Assembly (NCBI GenBank): GCA_002335495.1
Contig: DDBW01000006.1
Location: forward strand, 72 to 64,071
From: Candidatus Dojkabacteria bacterium UBA2022
GTDB taxonomy: Bacteria; Patescibacteriota; Dojkabacteria; SC72
Length of the DNA stretch: 64,000 nucleotides
Direction: 5' to 3'
Below the pieces are notes generated by a model. The model was not told where the DNA came from. It did no database searches and saw only the letters and a list, made by a program, of their open reading frames with translations. Made by a program: the position numbers and the translations under genes. Within the stretch, counting starts at the first letter, position 1. Every line of letters begins with the position of its first letter. Shown here in pieces: positions 45,359-55,439 of the stretch.

Positions 45359-47173
45359 TTGATGATATTAAACCCCACTTTAAAGACCCTTCCATTACTC
45401 AAGGATGAAAAATCCGATAGTGTATTTACCCTTATAAAATATCTTAAGTGGGTTTTAGGCCTTAATTTCAAGCTCCTTCCTTGGGTTGTTACTATTAGAA
45501 CTCTCTACATCTTTTACTTTAATATCGAACCGATAATTCACGGTTATATTTGGGGGAAGGTTATAGATGCGCTTATAAGTAGGGAGAGCTCTCTAATCTC
45601 AAACTACTTGATTGTATATCTAATAATTATTGCTTTCTCATTTGTATTAAGTGCCGTCGGAGATAGGATTGATATGTATGGTAAATCAACCTCAATGTAT
45701 AAATATCGGGTGTACTTCTCTACTATTATCGCTTCTCTTGGAATCCCAAGTTTAGAAAACCCTCAGATATCAAATAAAATATATAGACTTAATGAATCAT
45801 ATAACGATCTGTGGAGTTTGACCCAGAAGGTTAGCAACTTAGTGTCCTCCTCTGTAAGCGTATTGGTATCTCTTTCTCTAGTTCTAAAAGCTCATTGGTT
45901 ATTTGCGGCTGCCATATTTGTTATTGTACTTGCTCGAGCATATGTTCATGGAAAAGAACTTAAGGAGGATTGGAAATTTACAACTTCAAACACTGAAAAT
46001 AGGCGAATATCTGAAGGGTATATTAGCTCGCTTATTCGTATTGATCATCTTAAGGAAGTTCTTCAAACAAACTCTTTTAATTTCTTCATGAAGAAATACC
46101 AAAAGTTTTCTAATTGGTATTACTCTATTATTGCGAAGATGAGACTCAGAAAGGGTCTTTTCGATGCAGGCTTCGAAATCCTATTCGTTATTGTTCTTGG
46201 ATTTCTCATCACATATTTTATTCGCCAATATCTTGATGAAAAGATCTCAATAGGTGAGATTACCTTCTATGTAGCAACGTTTCGCTCCTATATTAGTTCC
46301 TTGAAGAGTTTTCTTGCTGGTTTTGTTGTAGTGGGGGAGGCTAAGGAGAGAGTTAAGGATGCATATGAAATCTCACAAGTTGACTCCGTTAAAGATGTGA
46401 ATAGAGTAGTGGCACTTGATTCAAAAAATATTGATATATTAATCGATAATATTAATTTCACATATCCTGAGTCCAAAAGAGAGGTTATTTCTCAACTTAG
46501 TCTTGAGATTAAACAAGGAGAGAAAATTGCTATCGTAGGGGAGAATGGAGCAGGAAAAACTACTTTAATGAATCTTCTCCTTGGTTTCTATCCGCTTAAT
46601 AGTGGAAGTATAAAGGTAAATGGAGATGATCTCTCAACTATTGAACTAGGCTCTTGGTATAAGCATGTGGGTATGTTGATGCAAAGCTTTAATCATTACG
46701 ATTACCTAAGTCTTGAAGAGAATATAACGTTAGGAGTCAAGGATGAAAATCGTTTGAATAAAATGATGAAGATGTTTGGAGTCTCTGACTTTGCTTCTAA
46801 ATATGAATTTGGTAAGAAGCAGATGCTTGGGTCTAGGTATAGTAATGGGATTACTCCTAGCGGTGGTCAGTGGCAGAAGATTGCTATGGCAAGAACCTTG
46901 TATAGAAATACTCCGGTAGTGGTTCTGGACGAACCCACTTCAGCTCTTGATCCTGTTTCTGAGGCAGAGATTTTTGAGAATTTGTTTGAAGAACTAAATG
47001 GAAAAACAGTAATAATTATCTCTCATAGATTCTCAACGGTTAAAAAGGCTGACAGAATTATTGTAATGAAGGAGGGTAGAATAGTGGAGGAGGGAAGTCA
47101 TGCAAAATTAATGAAGCTGGATGGTGTATATGCTAAATCGTATAGATTACAAGCAGATTCGTATAGGGATTAG
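45359..47173 (+). CDS. ABC exporter, fused permease and ATP-binding domains
   Basis: 6-TM N-domain; GENGAGKTTL Walker A; LSGGQWQKIAMAR signature; VVVLDEPTSALD Walker B. Confidence 0.85.
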   Translation: MMILNPTLKTLPLLKDEKSDSVFTLIKYLKWVLGLNFKLLPWVVTIRTLYIFYFNIEPIIHGYIWGKVIDALISRESSLISNYLIVYLIIIAFSFVLSAVGDRIDMYGKSTSMYKYRVYFSTIIASLGIPSLENPQISNKIYRLNESYNDLWSLTQKVSNLVSSSVSVLVSLSLVLKAHWLFAAAIFVIVLARAYVHGKELKEDWKFTTSNTENRRISEGYISSLIRIDHLKEVLQTNSFNFFMKKYQKFSNWYYSIIAKMRLRKGLFDAGFEILFVIVLGFLITYFIRQYLDEKISIGEITFYVATFRSYISSLKSFLAGFVVVGEAKERVKDAYEISQVDSVKDVNRVVALDSKNIDILIDNINFTYPESKREVISQLSLEIKQGEKIAIVGENGAGKTTLMNLLLGFYPLNSGSIKVNGDDLSTIELGSWYKHVGMLMQSFNHYDYLSLEENITLGVKDENRLNKMMKMFGVSDFASKYEFGKKQMLGSRYSNGITPSGGQWQKIAMARTLYRNTPVVVLDEPTSALDPVSEAEIFENLFEELNGKTVIIISHRFSTVKKADRIIVMKEGRIVEEGSHAKLMKLDGVYAKSYRLQADSYRD

Positions 47174-47343
47174 ATTACGAGTTGAGCAACAGTGGGTTCA
47201 CCCTCTCTTTCAGAATAAATGTCCAAAACTACGCTTTCCCCCATTTGAGTCAGTAACATTCTGTAATCTAAATCTCGTGGATTCTCTGTTTTCGAAACAA
47301 AAATATGTGTTGATGTAAAACCTCCTCCTCTTAACACTCCTTC

Positions 47344-47655
47344 TCAAGTAATGAAAATTCCTGATCTACCAAGATCCTTATTAATTCTATCAAAGTTTAG
47401 AATGTCCTCTCTATGTCGGTATATTGTTTGAAGTATTGTTAGCATATGAGTGTAAAGGTCTCCGTTTGGTATATTGCTTCTTAGTCCGGGAAATACTTCG
47501 GGGTTACTAAAGAAGTTTTCCTCAAATATATGTAGAAAACTTGCTGTTGCGCCTACACAATGCTTGTATTGGTTTAGAGCCTCAACACTATGATGCGTTT
47601 GAGTGAATTGTGCTTCCTCTGATTGTAGTAAACTTGCAACCCCTTTTAATTTCAT
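47344..47655 (-). CDS. Hypothetical protein
   Basis: ORF only. Confidence 0.3.
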   Translation of the reverse strand: MKLKGVASLLQSEEAQFTQTHHSVEALNQYKHCVGATASFLHIFEENFFSNPEVFPGLRSNIPNGDLYTHMLTILQTIYRHREDILNFDRINKDLGRSGIFIT

Positions 47656-47704
47656 ATGAGGATTATGCTATAGGGCGCTAGTTCTGGTCTAGTGAGAGTT
47701 TTAA

Positions 47705-48223
47705 CTAAATTTTCTCATCTACCTTCACAATTACTTCAACTGCGGGGGCTGTTGATAACATGTTTCCGGTTCTTGGTGCTACTGCTATTCCAGCTTTGAT
47801 TTTTCCATCTGTAACTAGAGCAATACCATATGTATTAGAGTCAACCTTAGGGTTAAATGTATTCTCATCAAATCGACCTATCCTTAATACTTCTCCTTGG
47901 GTACTAGTTGGAATTTCAATCACCATACTATACGGATCTCGTTGTAGACCCGCGATTTGTAATTCTGGATTTTTTGTCGCTACTGTATACAGACGGGGGA
48001 TTTCCTCTTTTTTATGGACTATACTTTCTAGTATTGACCTAAATATGCTGCCATTCGTTAGTTCTGTGCTGGCAAACATGTTTGGACTTTCGGCTAGTTT
48101 TTTTTCTATTTCAGCAACCATTCTTTTTAACGATGCATAATCTCTACTCCCAATATTCTCAATAGGTATGAACGCCCCAATTGCATCTCTAATACTTAAA
48201 GGAGCATTTTGTTTATCTGGCAT
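47705..48223 (-). CDS. Hypothetical protein
   Basis: ORF only. Confidence 0.35.
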   Translation of the reverse strand: MPDKQNAPLSIRDAIGAFIPIENIGSRDYASLKRMVAEIEKKLAESPNMFASTELTNGSIFRSILESIVHKKEEIPRLYTVATKNPELQIAGLQRDPYSMVIEIPTSTQGEVLRIGRFDENTFNPKVDSNTYGIALVTDGKIKAGIAVAPRTGNMLSTAPAVEVIVKVDEKI

Positions 48224-48235
48224 TGTCTTATTTGA

Positions 48236-49510
48236 TTATTTTATCTCACTCTCAATCTCTAACAATCTGTTGTATTTTGCAAGTCTCTCACCTCTGTCTG
48301 GTCCTCCAAACTTACTCTGGCTTGAGCCTGTTCCTACAACTAGATCTGCAATCATATCATCGTTAGTTTCGCCTCCTCTATGGGAGATCACTGCTTTCAT
48401 ACCTGATTTATGTGTTAGTCTAATAGCATCAATTGTTTCCGTAACAGAACCTATTTGATTAAGTTTAATCAAAACTGCGTTCATCGCTTTTAGATTTATA
48501 CCCTTGGTTATTCTCTCTACATTTGTTGTGAGCAGATCATCTCCTACGACTTGATATTTATCTCCTGAGTTTCTCATCAAATACTGCCAACCCACCCAGT
48601 CCTCCTGGTCAAAAGTGTCTTCAACCGAGAATATTGGATACTCATTAAACCACTCAAGTTGTTTTTCTAACCATTCTGTACGAGTCAATTCTAATCCTTC
48701 TCTTTTAAGAACATACTTCTCCTTTTCATCATCGTAGAATTCAGATGCGGCTACGTCAATCGCAAGTCTGAAATCGATATATGGCTTATATCCAGCCCTC
48801 TCTATTCCTTCCATTATGATATCAAATGCCTCTTTATTTGATTGTAGTTCGCTTGGGGCATATGCTCCTTCAAATCCTACGTTAGCACTATATTTCTTCT
48901 CTACAAGAATATCGTGCATAGCATGGAATATCTCGGCTCCTGCTCTAAACTTCTCTTTGAAGTTTGGAAATCTAAATTCATCGGGAACAACCATGTACTC
49001 TTGGAAATCTGTTGCCCAGTTCCCATGGAGTCCCCCCTCCATTACAAGAATTAATGGATTTGGAAGTTTAAAGAAATCTTTATCATATCTATCATTTGTG
49101 TATATTTTGGCAAAGTATTCATAAAGAAGGATTCCCATCTCTAATGCTGTCGCTCTACAAAAAGCCATTGAGAGAGAAAGAATGCTATTTCCTCCCAGGT
49201 TCGTTTTGAGTTTTGTTCCATCCATATCAATCAGGAACTTATCAAACTCCTCTTGTGATTTGAAATCTCTACCGACGATCTCTTTTTTTATCTGATTATT
49301 TACTGTGTCTACTGCCTTGAGTACCCCCTTGCCTCGGTAACGACCTTTATCGCCATCTCTAAGCTCCAATACCTCAGTATCTCCTGTGGATGCCCCTGAT
49401 GGAACTTCTCCCTTGGCCCACACCCCCGAATCAAGTACTATTTTAGTGGATAGGGTAGGGTATCCTCTGGAATCCAGAATCTCTATTGATTTTACGTCTT
49501 TAATTCTCAT
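48236..49510 (-). CDS. eno: Enolase (phosphopyruvate hydratase)
   Basis: IEILDSRGYPTL, SGASTGDTEVLELRD, and C-terminal enolase signature region. Confidence 0.9.
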   Translation of the reverse strand: MRIKDVKSIEILDSRGYPTLSTKIVLDSGVWAKGEVPSGASTGDTEVLELRDGDKGRYRGKGVLKAVDTVNNQIKKEIVGRDFKSQEEFDKFLIDMDGTKLKTNLGGNSILSLSMAFCRATALEMGILLYEYFAKIYTNDRYDKDFFKLPNPLILVMEGGLHGNWATDFQEYMVVPDEFRFPNFKEKFRAGAEIFHAMHDILVEKKYSANVGFEGAYAPSELQSNKEAFDIIMEGIERAGYKPYIDFRLAIDVAASEFYDDEKEKYVLKREGLELTRTEWLEKQLEWFNEYPIFSVEDTFDQEDWVGWQYLMRNSGDKYQVVGDDLLTTNVERITKGINLKAMNAVLIKLNQIGSVTETIDAIRLTHKSGMKAVISHRGGETNDDMIADLVVGTGSSQSKFGGPDRGERLAKYNRLLEIESEIK

Positions 49511-49528
49511 TTGGGCAGTTATTCAAAT

Positions 49529-50377
49529 TTACTTATTTAAATCCAGTATGAAGCTAGAATCTCCCCCAGCCATAACTTCTGGAAGAATACCATTCCATTT
49601 CTCAATATACTGCTTCTGGATAAGTTCTTTGCTTAAGGTTTGCTGTTGAAGTCTCTGTGCTTCTGCTTCACCCTGGGCTTTTGTAATCAAAGCCTTCTTT
49701 TTGAACTCTTCCTGTTGAGCTTTATACTCTTCGGTTGCAATCCTCTCTTTCTCTATCTGTTTCTGTTCAATGGTGTTTACATAATCTTCTTGAAACGAGA
49801 TTGATCGAATTCCGAATTCATCAAGGATAATTCCGTTCTCTTCGAAGCTTGGAACTAACTTTTCTGCAATCTGTTCGGATACCTCTTGAATATTACCTGT
49901 ATAGAGGTCCAAGGCTGAGAAACTTCTTGGCATATTTCTTGCCCAAATTCTGGAGTCAGTCTTTACGATTTTTTCAACTACTTCACCTTCTGTTCCCAGA
50001 CGTTCTGCAATGTTTTTTACTTCCTTCGGATTAATCGAAAATCTTACAGTGTATCTTACGGAAATCTGTTGCCCGTCCTTTGTTGTTGTATCAACCGCAT
50101 AGTCCTGGTAGTTGGCTTGTGAGTTGCTGTTTGCCATTACATCCGCTGCTAGAGTCTCGTAGATAATCTTCTGCGTTCTATATACGAGAACTTTGTCTAC
50201 AAAGGGAATTTTTACATGTAATCCTGGTTTAACAGGGGATCCTACGATCTGTCCAAACCTTGTAACTACACCTATGGTTCCATAGTTAATGGAGTATAGG
50301 GTGGAGGAGAGAAGCACTATTGCTGCTGCAACTCCTATTCCTACGAGCATGACTAGCTTTGCTTTTTCTTGATTCAT
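49529..50377 (-). CDS. SPFH/band-7 (prohibitin/HflK-like) membrane protein
   Basis: N-terminal TM, SPFH domain, coiled-coil C-terminus. Confidence 0.7.
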   Translation of the reverse strand: MNQEKAKLVMLVGIGVAAAIVLLSSTLYSINYGTIGVVTRFGQIVGSPVKPGLHVKIPFVDKVLVYRTQKIIYETLAADVMANSNSQANYQDYAVDTTTKDGQQISVRYTVRFSINPKEVKNIAERLGTEGEVVEKIVKTDSRIWARNMPRSFSALDLYTGNIQEVSEQIAEKLVPSFEENGIILDEFGIRSISFQEDYVNTIEQKQIEKERIATEEYKAQQEEFKKKALITKAQGEAEAQRLQQQTLSKELIQKQYIEKWNGILPEVMAGGDSSFILDLNK

Positions 50378-50467
50378 TATGATATTAAAAAATGTTATCT
50401 CTATATTGTTACATTAAATTATTGTTGGATGCAATTCTTTTTGGTAGAATACTCATGAAATCATTTA

Positions 50468-50553
50468 GCCGAGGTGGTGAAATTGGCAGACACGCTACCT
50501 TGAGGTGGTAGTGGGAGTTAAATCCCTTGCAGGTTCAAGTCCTGTCCTCGGCA
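50468..50553 (+). tRNA. tRNA-Leu (anticodon GAG), long variable arm, CCA not encoded
   Basis: GCCGAGG acceptor; anticodon loop TTGAGGT; T-arm AGGTTCAAGTCCT; close to canonical bacterial tRNA-Leu(GAG). Confidence 0.8.
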
Positions 50554-50580
50554 TATGTGTGGTATAATCTCACACTATTG

Positions 50581-50657
50581 GGGCGATTAGCTCAGCTGGT
50601 TAGAGCACCTCGTTTACACCGAGGGGGTCATAGGTTCGAATCCTATATCGCCCACCA
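50581..50657 (+). tRNA. tRNA-Val (anticodon TAC), CCA encoded
   Basis: GGGCGAT acceptor; anticodon stem CCTCG/CGAGG, loop TTTACAC; T-arm ATAGG-TTCGAAT-CCTAT. Confidence 0.9.
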
Positions 50658-52439
50658 TTTATCCTCGTCTACCCCGAAGCTCCGTTCAAGATCGTTCATA
50701 ATCTCGCTTGGTAATCTAAGTCTTATGTTCAATTTGTATGGAATCATTTGTCCTTTTTTCTGCCTTCCTGCAATGATATCCTTTTTTGTCACAGGTCTTG
50801 AAAAGACAATTATGTCATGAATAATCAATTGCAAGATATCTCTTAATTGTTCTCTGTCTTTGTACAAGTTTTCTAGCTCCTCTAGATACTTCTTTTTGAA
50901 GAGCTCAAATACTTTGTTATATCCTTCATCTATCGTCAGATCTGCCAATCTAGATTCAAGTTCATCATAATCAGCTTTATTCTTTTTATATAGTTTATCT
51001 TCTTCATCCATTTGCTCTGTAAATTGGTTGTCAGATAGATGCCCATTTTTATGTTGAAACTTTATGCTATCTATAGTTCTGCTGTGACTATTTATTAGCC
51101 TTTTAAGAACCGATAATCTCTTATTTAACATCTCTTTTTCAAGTCTGCGAGATTCTAACTTTAGTTGATGGTTATATACATCTCTCGGATTTCGTATAAG
51201 CTTTTTTAGGAAATCAACAACATACTCCTCAATGCCGTAAGCTGGAAGAGGAAGGCAACTACAGTGGATAGAACTATGCTTGGGACTTTTCCTTTTACAT
51301 TTGTAATAGTAAGAATACTTTCCAGTCCCTTTATTAACTAGCTTTCTTTCTCCCACCCAGTTATGTGGTTGCATGTCAATTTCAGGATTGTAACAATTTG
51401 CACATCTTAATAATCCCCTTAGTAAATAAATACTATCACTATGCATTCCTTGATCTCTACGAGTTATTTCGTCTTTGAGTAACTTCTCCTGTACAGCTAC
51501 AAAAGTCGGTTTATCAATAATTGCATCATGTATGTGTTCGGATAGTACCCTTTCTTTATCCTTACCCTTCTTCTTTGAGTACCAATACTCACCCATATAT
51601 ATCTTGTTTCTCAGAATATGCTTAATGACATTTGAGTCCCAAAAGTATGGTTTATTAACTTTTCTTCTTTTCCCTCTATATTTCTCATGCATCTCAGCAG
51701 AAACACTTGGAGACGGAACTTTATGTTGCATTAACCAATCAGCGATAGCCTGTCTACTTGAGTTTTCCCATAAATACATGTTAAAGATTTGTCTAATATA
51801 GTTAGCTTCCTCTTCTAGTATTACTAACTTTTTATCTAGGTCCTTCTTGTATCCATAAGGAGCATGTGACCCCATAAATACACCTTCTTTAGATGCAGAG
51901 GCTTTACCTGTATGAGTTCTTTCCATGATATTTTCAAGCTCAAGTTCTGCGATGACTCCTATAATCCCTAAAACTGCCTTTCCGAAAGGGTTAGTGGTAT
52001 CAATACTCTCATTTGCAGAAATAAACTCAATGTCTTTCTCGTCAAAATAATCAATTATTTCAAGAAGAACTTTTAACCTACGAGCAAATCTGTCAATTTT
52101 GTAGACAGCAACAACATCAAACGGTTTTTGTAAACCTTCTGTATTATCTATATCCGAAATCATTCTCCTGAAAGCAACTCTCTCATCCATAGGTAGAGTT
52201 CCACTCGCACCCTCATCTATATAGATATATTGGTCGTCTATTACATTTCCCTTCTCATCCATCCCTCCGGCATAGACATATCTATCCTTTCCTTCAATAG
52301 TTTTCCCTTTAGCCTTTATAAGATTTAGAAGTGTCTCTTTTTGCATCGGAATGCCGAACTTTTCTACTTGTTCATCGGTTGAAACCCTTATATACAAGGC
52401 AACTCTTTTAACATTTTCTTGGTCAAATCTGTTTTGCAT
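50643..52439 (-). CDS. Large serine recombinase (resolvase-recombinase-zinc-ribbon-coiled-coil integrase)
   Basis: ALYIRVSTDEQ catalytic Ser region; recombinase domain; Cys-cluster zinc ribbon (CANCYN...CKRK...HCSC); last 5 codons (KWWAI*) are antisense to the tRNA-Val acceptor/CCA. Confidence 0.85.
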   Translation of the reverse strand: MQNRFDQENVKRVALYIRVSTDEQVEKFGIPMQKETLLNLIKAKGKTIEGKDRYVYAGGMDEKGNVIDDQYIYIDEGASGTLPMDERVAFRRMISDIDNTEGLQKPFDVVAVYKIDRFARRLKVLLEIIDYFDEKDIEFISANESIDTTNPFGKAVLGIIGVIAELELENIMERTHTGKASASKEGVFMGSHAPYGYKKDLDKKLVILEEEANYIRQIFNMYLWENSSRQAIADWLMQHKVPSPSVSAEMHEKYRGKRRKVNKPYFWDSNVIKHILRNKIYMGEYWYSKKKGKDKERVLSEHIHDAIIDKPTFVAVQEKLLKDEITRRDQGMHSDSIYLLRGLLRCANCYNPEIDMQPHNWVGERKLVNKGTGKYSYYYKCKRKSPKHSSIHCSCLPLPAYGIEEYVVDFLKKLIRNPRDVYNHQLKLESRRLEKEMLNKRLSVLKRLINSHSRTIDSIKFQHKNGHLSDNQFTEQMDEEDKLYKKNKADYDELESRLADLTIDEGYNKVFELFKKKYLEELENLYKDREQLRDILQLIIHDIIVFSRPVTKKDIIAGRQKKGQMIPYKLNIRLRLPSEIMNDLERSFGVDEDKWWAI

Positions 52440-52475
52440 CTTTAATACAATGACTTCTCCCCGAAGTATATATAA

Positions 52476-52868
52476 TTATTTCTTTCCTCTGGTTTTCATC
52501 AATAGGGTATGAAGTAGTCTTTTATCATTTTCTTCAATTGAAGTTACAACTACCTCCATCTCCAATACTTTATTGTTACTTTCTACTTTGAGCTTTTTAT
52601 TTACCTTTTTGTAAAGTAACTTCCCATTGGAATCAGTAGCCTTTGCATTATCAACATAGTCAGGAAGTACTCCAAACATACTTTCCTTGCCCTTCCAATC
52701 CGATGATTCTATCCAATGTGTAAGATCCATTTCTTTTTGGGAAGTAATTTCAATATAGATATACTCTCCATTATTGTCTTTAATTGCCTTCATTGGATAT
52801 TGGGAGTTTTTTGGGGGAGAATCGTGTACTTTTGAGAAAAGTTGTTTTATTTCGCTTCTTGTTTTCAT
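52476..52868 (-). CDS. Hypothetical protein
   Basis: ORF only. Confidence 0.3.
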   Translation of the reverse strand: MKTRSEIKQLFSKVHDSPPKNSQYPMKAIKDNNGEYIYIEITSQKEMDLTHWIESSDWKGKESMFGVLPDYVDNAKATDSNGKLLYKKVNKKLKVESNNKVLEMEVVVTSIEENDKRLLHTLLMKTRGKK

Positions 52869-52990
52869 GAATATATATTACTTGACGGAGTGTCAACATG
52901 CAATGCACCACGAAGTCCATTATCTGCTGGAGGTTGGTGATACAACATAATTATATATTCAGTTTCCGGGTAACTATGGTATATTTACAT

Positions 52991-53593
52991 ATGGCTACTG
53001 CCCGTCAAATAAAAGCTATAGAAAAATTATCAGATTTTATCAGAAACACAAAAGGTACAAAGATTCCTTTCAAAACACTTGGAGAAATACTCCGAGAAGC
53101 AGGTTACTCTGATAGTGTTTCTAAATCCCCTCAAAGGGTAACTGAGAGAAAGGGATGGAATGAGTTAATGAGTGAATACTTTCCGGAGAAAGATTTAATT
53201 GACTTGCACAAACGAATATTAAATAAGTCTGAGTCGTTCAGGTATAAAGATAAAGTCGTTAAAACAAATCAGCCACATTCGGATGCAAAATATGCCTTAG
53301 ATATGTACTACAAATTGAAAGGAGCATACAAGTACGATCCTGAAAAAGTTGCTTATCAAAAACCACATCCTGGCTTTGAGTTTTTCCAAACGGATATAGC
53401 ATGTGAGTTCTGGTTGCATAACAGATATTTCAGAAACTTTCTAAAAGCTAAAGAATTGAATGTTCCAATGACACATCCTGATGCAGGAAGAGACCTGGAT
53501 CATATAGTGATTAGAGGATATGCAGAGGATTACTCTTACGAAGATGTTGTTCAAATGTTCATTGAGAAATATGAAAGAGGTGAAAGGGATTGA
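52991..53593 (+). CDS. Hypothetical protein with N-terminal HTH-like segment (terminase-small-subunit-like?)
   Basis: Internal ATG (MATARQIKAIEKL...GEILREAGYSDSVSKSPQRV) of ORF 52898..53593; weak resemblance only. Confidence 0.3.
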   Translation: MATARQIKAIEKLSDFIRNTKGTKIPFKTLGEILREAGYSDSVSKSPQRVTERKGWNELMSEYFPEKDLIDLHKRILNKSESFRYKDKVVKTNQPHSDAKYALDMYYKLKGAYKYDPEKVAYQKPHPGFEFFQTDIACEFWLHNRYFRNFLKAKELNVPMTHPDAGRDLDHIVIRGYAEDYSYEDVVQMFIEKYERGERD

Positions 53594-53598
53594 AAATC

Positions 53599-54243
53599 TT
53601 AGGGTTTTAGAAATAGATCAGCAAGAACATATGTTCTACTAAATGACTTTTGCCCTTCTTTCGTTTTTAAGACAATCTCAACATCAATCTCAGGAGTTTC
53701 TTCGCTATAAACTTTAGTGTCATATATTTTTCTATCCGATTCCTCCCTAAGTGCCAAAGTTGAAAATACTCTAATCCATTTTTCAAAATGTTCAGAAGTA
53801 TTAGCATTAACTTTAACCGGTAGGTTCAGTCTATTACTCGCACTGCCTTTTATTTTCCCGTACCAATCCAACTTCCTACCATTGATAATAATTCTTTCAA
53901 TGTATATATCGTAATCACTGTAATTATGAATATAGTAGGGAATCTTATACTCAGTTTCGTTTGTTCGTGAGTATGATACAAAACTTGTTCCTTTCCTTAT
54001 CTGTTCGTATTCAACTTCAATATCAAATATTTTATATCGCAAATAAACTTTGTATGTGGAGTAAAATAGAAAAATAAAAGCAGAAAACAGGAGGATTAGG
54101 TTACTGTATTTTTGGACTAACAATGAGTACACAGAAGCACTCATCCCACTAAAAAGTATTACATACTGAATCCAATCAACCCCGTCCTTCCAAAATATCA
54201 AAACTTCGGAGAGATATTTCAAAAACTTTTGATAATTCTTCAT
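53599..54243 (-). CDS. Hypothetical 2-TM membrane protein
   Basis: ORF; two N-terminal hydrophobic helices. Confidence 0.4.
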   Translation of the reverse strand: MKNYQKFLKYLSEVLIFWKDGVDWIQYVILFSGMSASVYSLLVQKYSNLILLFSAFIFLFYSTYKVYLRYKIFDIEVEYEQIRKGTSFVSYSRTNETEYKIPYYIHNYSDYDIYIERIIINGRKLDWYGKIKGSASNRLNLPVKVNANTSEHFEKWIRVFSTLALREESDRKIYDTKVYSEETPEIDVEIVLKTKEGQKSFSRTYVLADLFLKP

Positions 54244-54279
54244 CTGTTGGATTGTACTCTAAAAGGTCTTTTAGAACAA

Positions 54280-54495
54280 TTATAATCCTTCGGTCAGTTT
54301 ACTGACTGTAATTCCAATAGCCTTTGCAATACTGTAGACAACTGATAGGGAGGGACTAACCGTTCCTCTTTCAATTCTACCTATATAATTACTACTCACA
54401 TTTGCCTTAAATGCTAACTTCTCTTGTGTTAATCCTGCCTTAGTTCTTGCTTTTCTAAGTAAAGCACCAAACTTTTTCTCTATTTGATTTGCCAT
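54280..54495 (-). CDS. XRE-family HTH transcriptional regulator (71 aa; candidate island repressor)
   Basis: LRKARTKAGLTQEKLAFKANVSSNYIGRIERG helix-turn-helix. Confidence 0.75.
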   Translation of the reverse strand: MANQIEKKFGALLRKARTKAGLTQEKLAFKANVSSNYIGRIERGTVSPSLSVVYSIAKAIGITVSKLTEGL

Positions 54496-54584
54496 ATCTA
54501 AAGATTATGCAATCACAGCCCTATAGACAACGAGCTATCTACACGGTACAATCTGCATGGCTAAGTTAAATAAATGCAGTTAAG

Positions 54585-54827
54585 ATGGATATATTTCTAA
54601 CAATTCTCAAGTGGGTTATTGGATTGATAATTCCGTTAATAGTTAGATATTTAGTCATTAAAAAATCTGTTACAAAATGGGTTGCAATTGGGATACTTGT
54701 TGTAAATTGGTTCATTTGTGCCTTCCTTTACTTTTCACTCCTTGAATCCATGGATGTTATGGCTGATGTTGGAGTACCAATTTTTGTGATTATTTCATTT
54801 GCAGGGTATTCAATTCTTACCAATTAA
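54585..54827 (+). CDS. Small 2-TM membrane protein
   Basis: ORF, divergent from the XRE gene. Confidence 0.35.
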   Translation: MDIFLTILKWVIGLIIPLIVRYLVIKKSVTKWVAIGILVVNWFICAFLYFSLLESMDVMADVGVPIFVIISFAGYSILTN

Positions 54828-54830
54828 AGT

Positions 54831-55394
54831 ATGAAATGGTTTTGGGTTATATTAACAACTATCTTGCTATCAATCCTTTCCGGAGCATTCTACTGGTTTG
54901 CATATAGACCATATGAGATCAAAAGGGATTGTTCGGTCGTAAGCGAAATTAGTAAAGAAATAAGGGAAATTACAACTCAAGATGTACACGAAAGTATCAG
55001 ATTGAATAATCTTTGTAATCAATTCACTGAAAGATATGCAAAAACTTACTACAATTGTTTACAGGAAAAGAAGAAAAACTATATTAAGACAAGTACAGAA
55101 GATTCAGAATTATGGAAATCGTGCGATGAAATAGAAAAAGTATGCAGGAAGGAATTAAATAAAGAAACAAGCAACAAATACGACTTCCTATTCAGTAGAT
55201 TGACTCAACCTACATGTGAACGAGAAGATCAGACAAAAAAGAATCGTTTCTACGATTACTACTACGAAAACGGGATTTACTGTAACGAAAGCTTCCCTGT
55301 ACTTAAAGAAAGAGATGGCGAACAAGAAAAGACCCTAAAAAGAGATGCAACTAACGAAGAGTATCAAAAGTGCCTTAGAAACAATGGACTATAG
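54831..55394 (+). CDS. Hypothetical protein with N-terminal TM
   Basis: ORF; Cys- and charge-rich. Confidence 0.35.
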   Translation: MKWFWVILTTILLSILSGAFYWFAYRPYEIKRDCSVVSEISKEIREITTQDVHESIRLNNLCNQFTERYAKTYYNCLQEKKKNYIKTSTEDSELWKSCDEIEKVCRKELNKETSNKYDFLFSRLTQPTCEREDQTKKNRFYDYYYENGIYCNESFPVLKERDGEQEKTLKRDATNEEYQKCLRNNGL

Positions 55395-55439
55395 GGATAT
55401 TTAGGTATAAAATCGTTAATAAACTTTTATCAAATTACT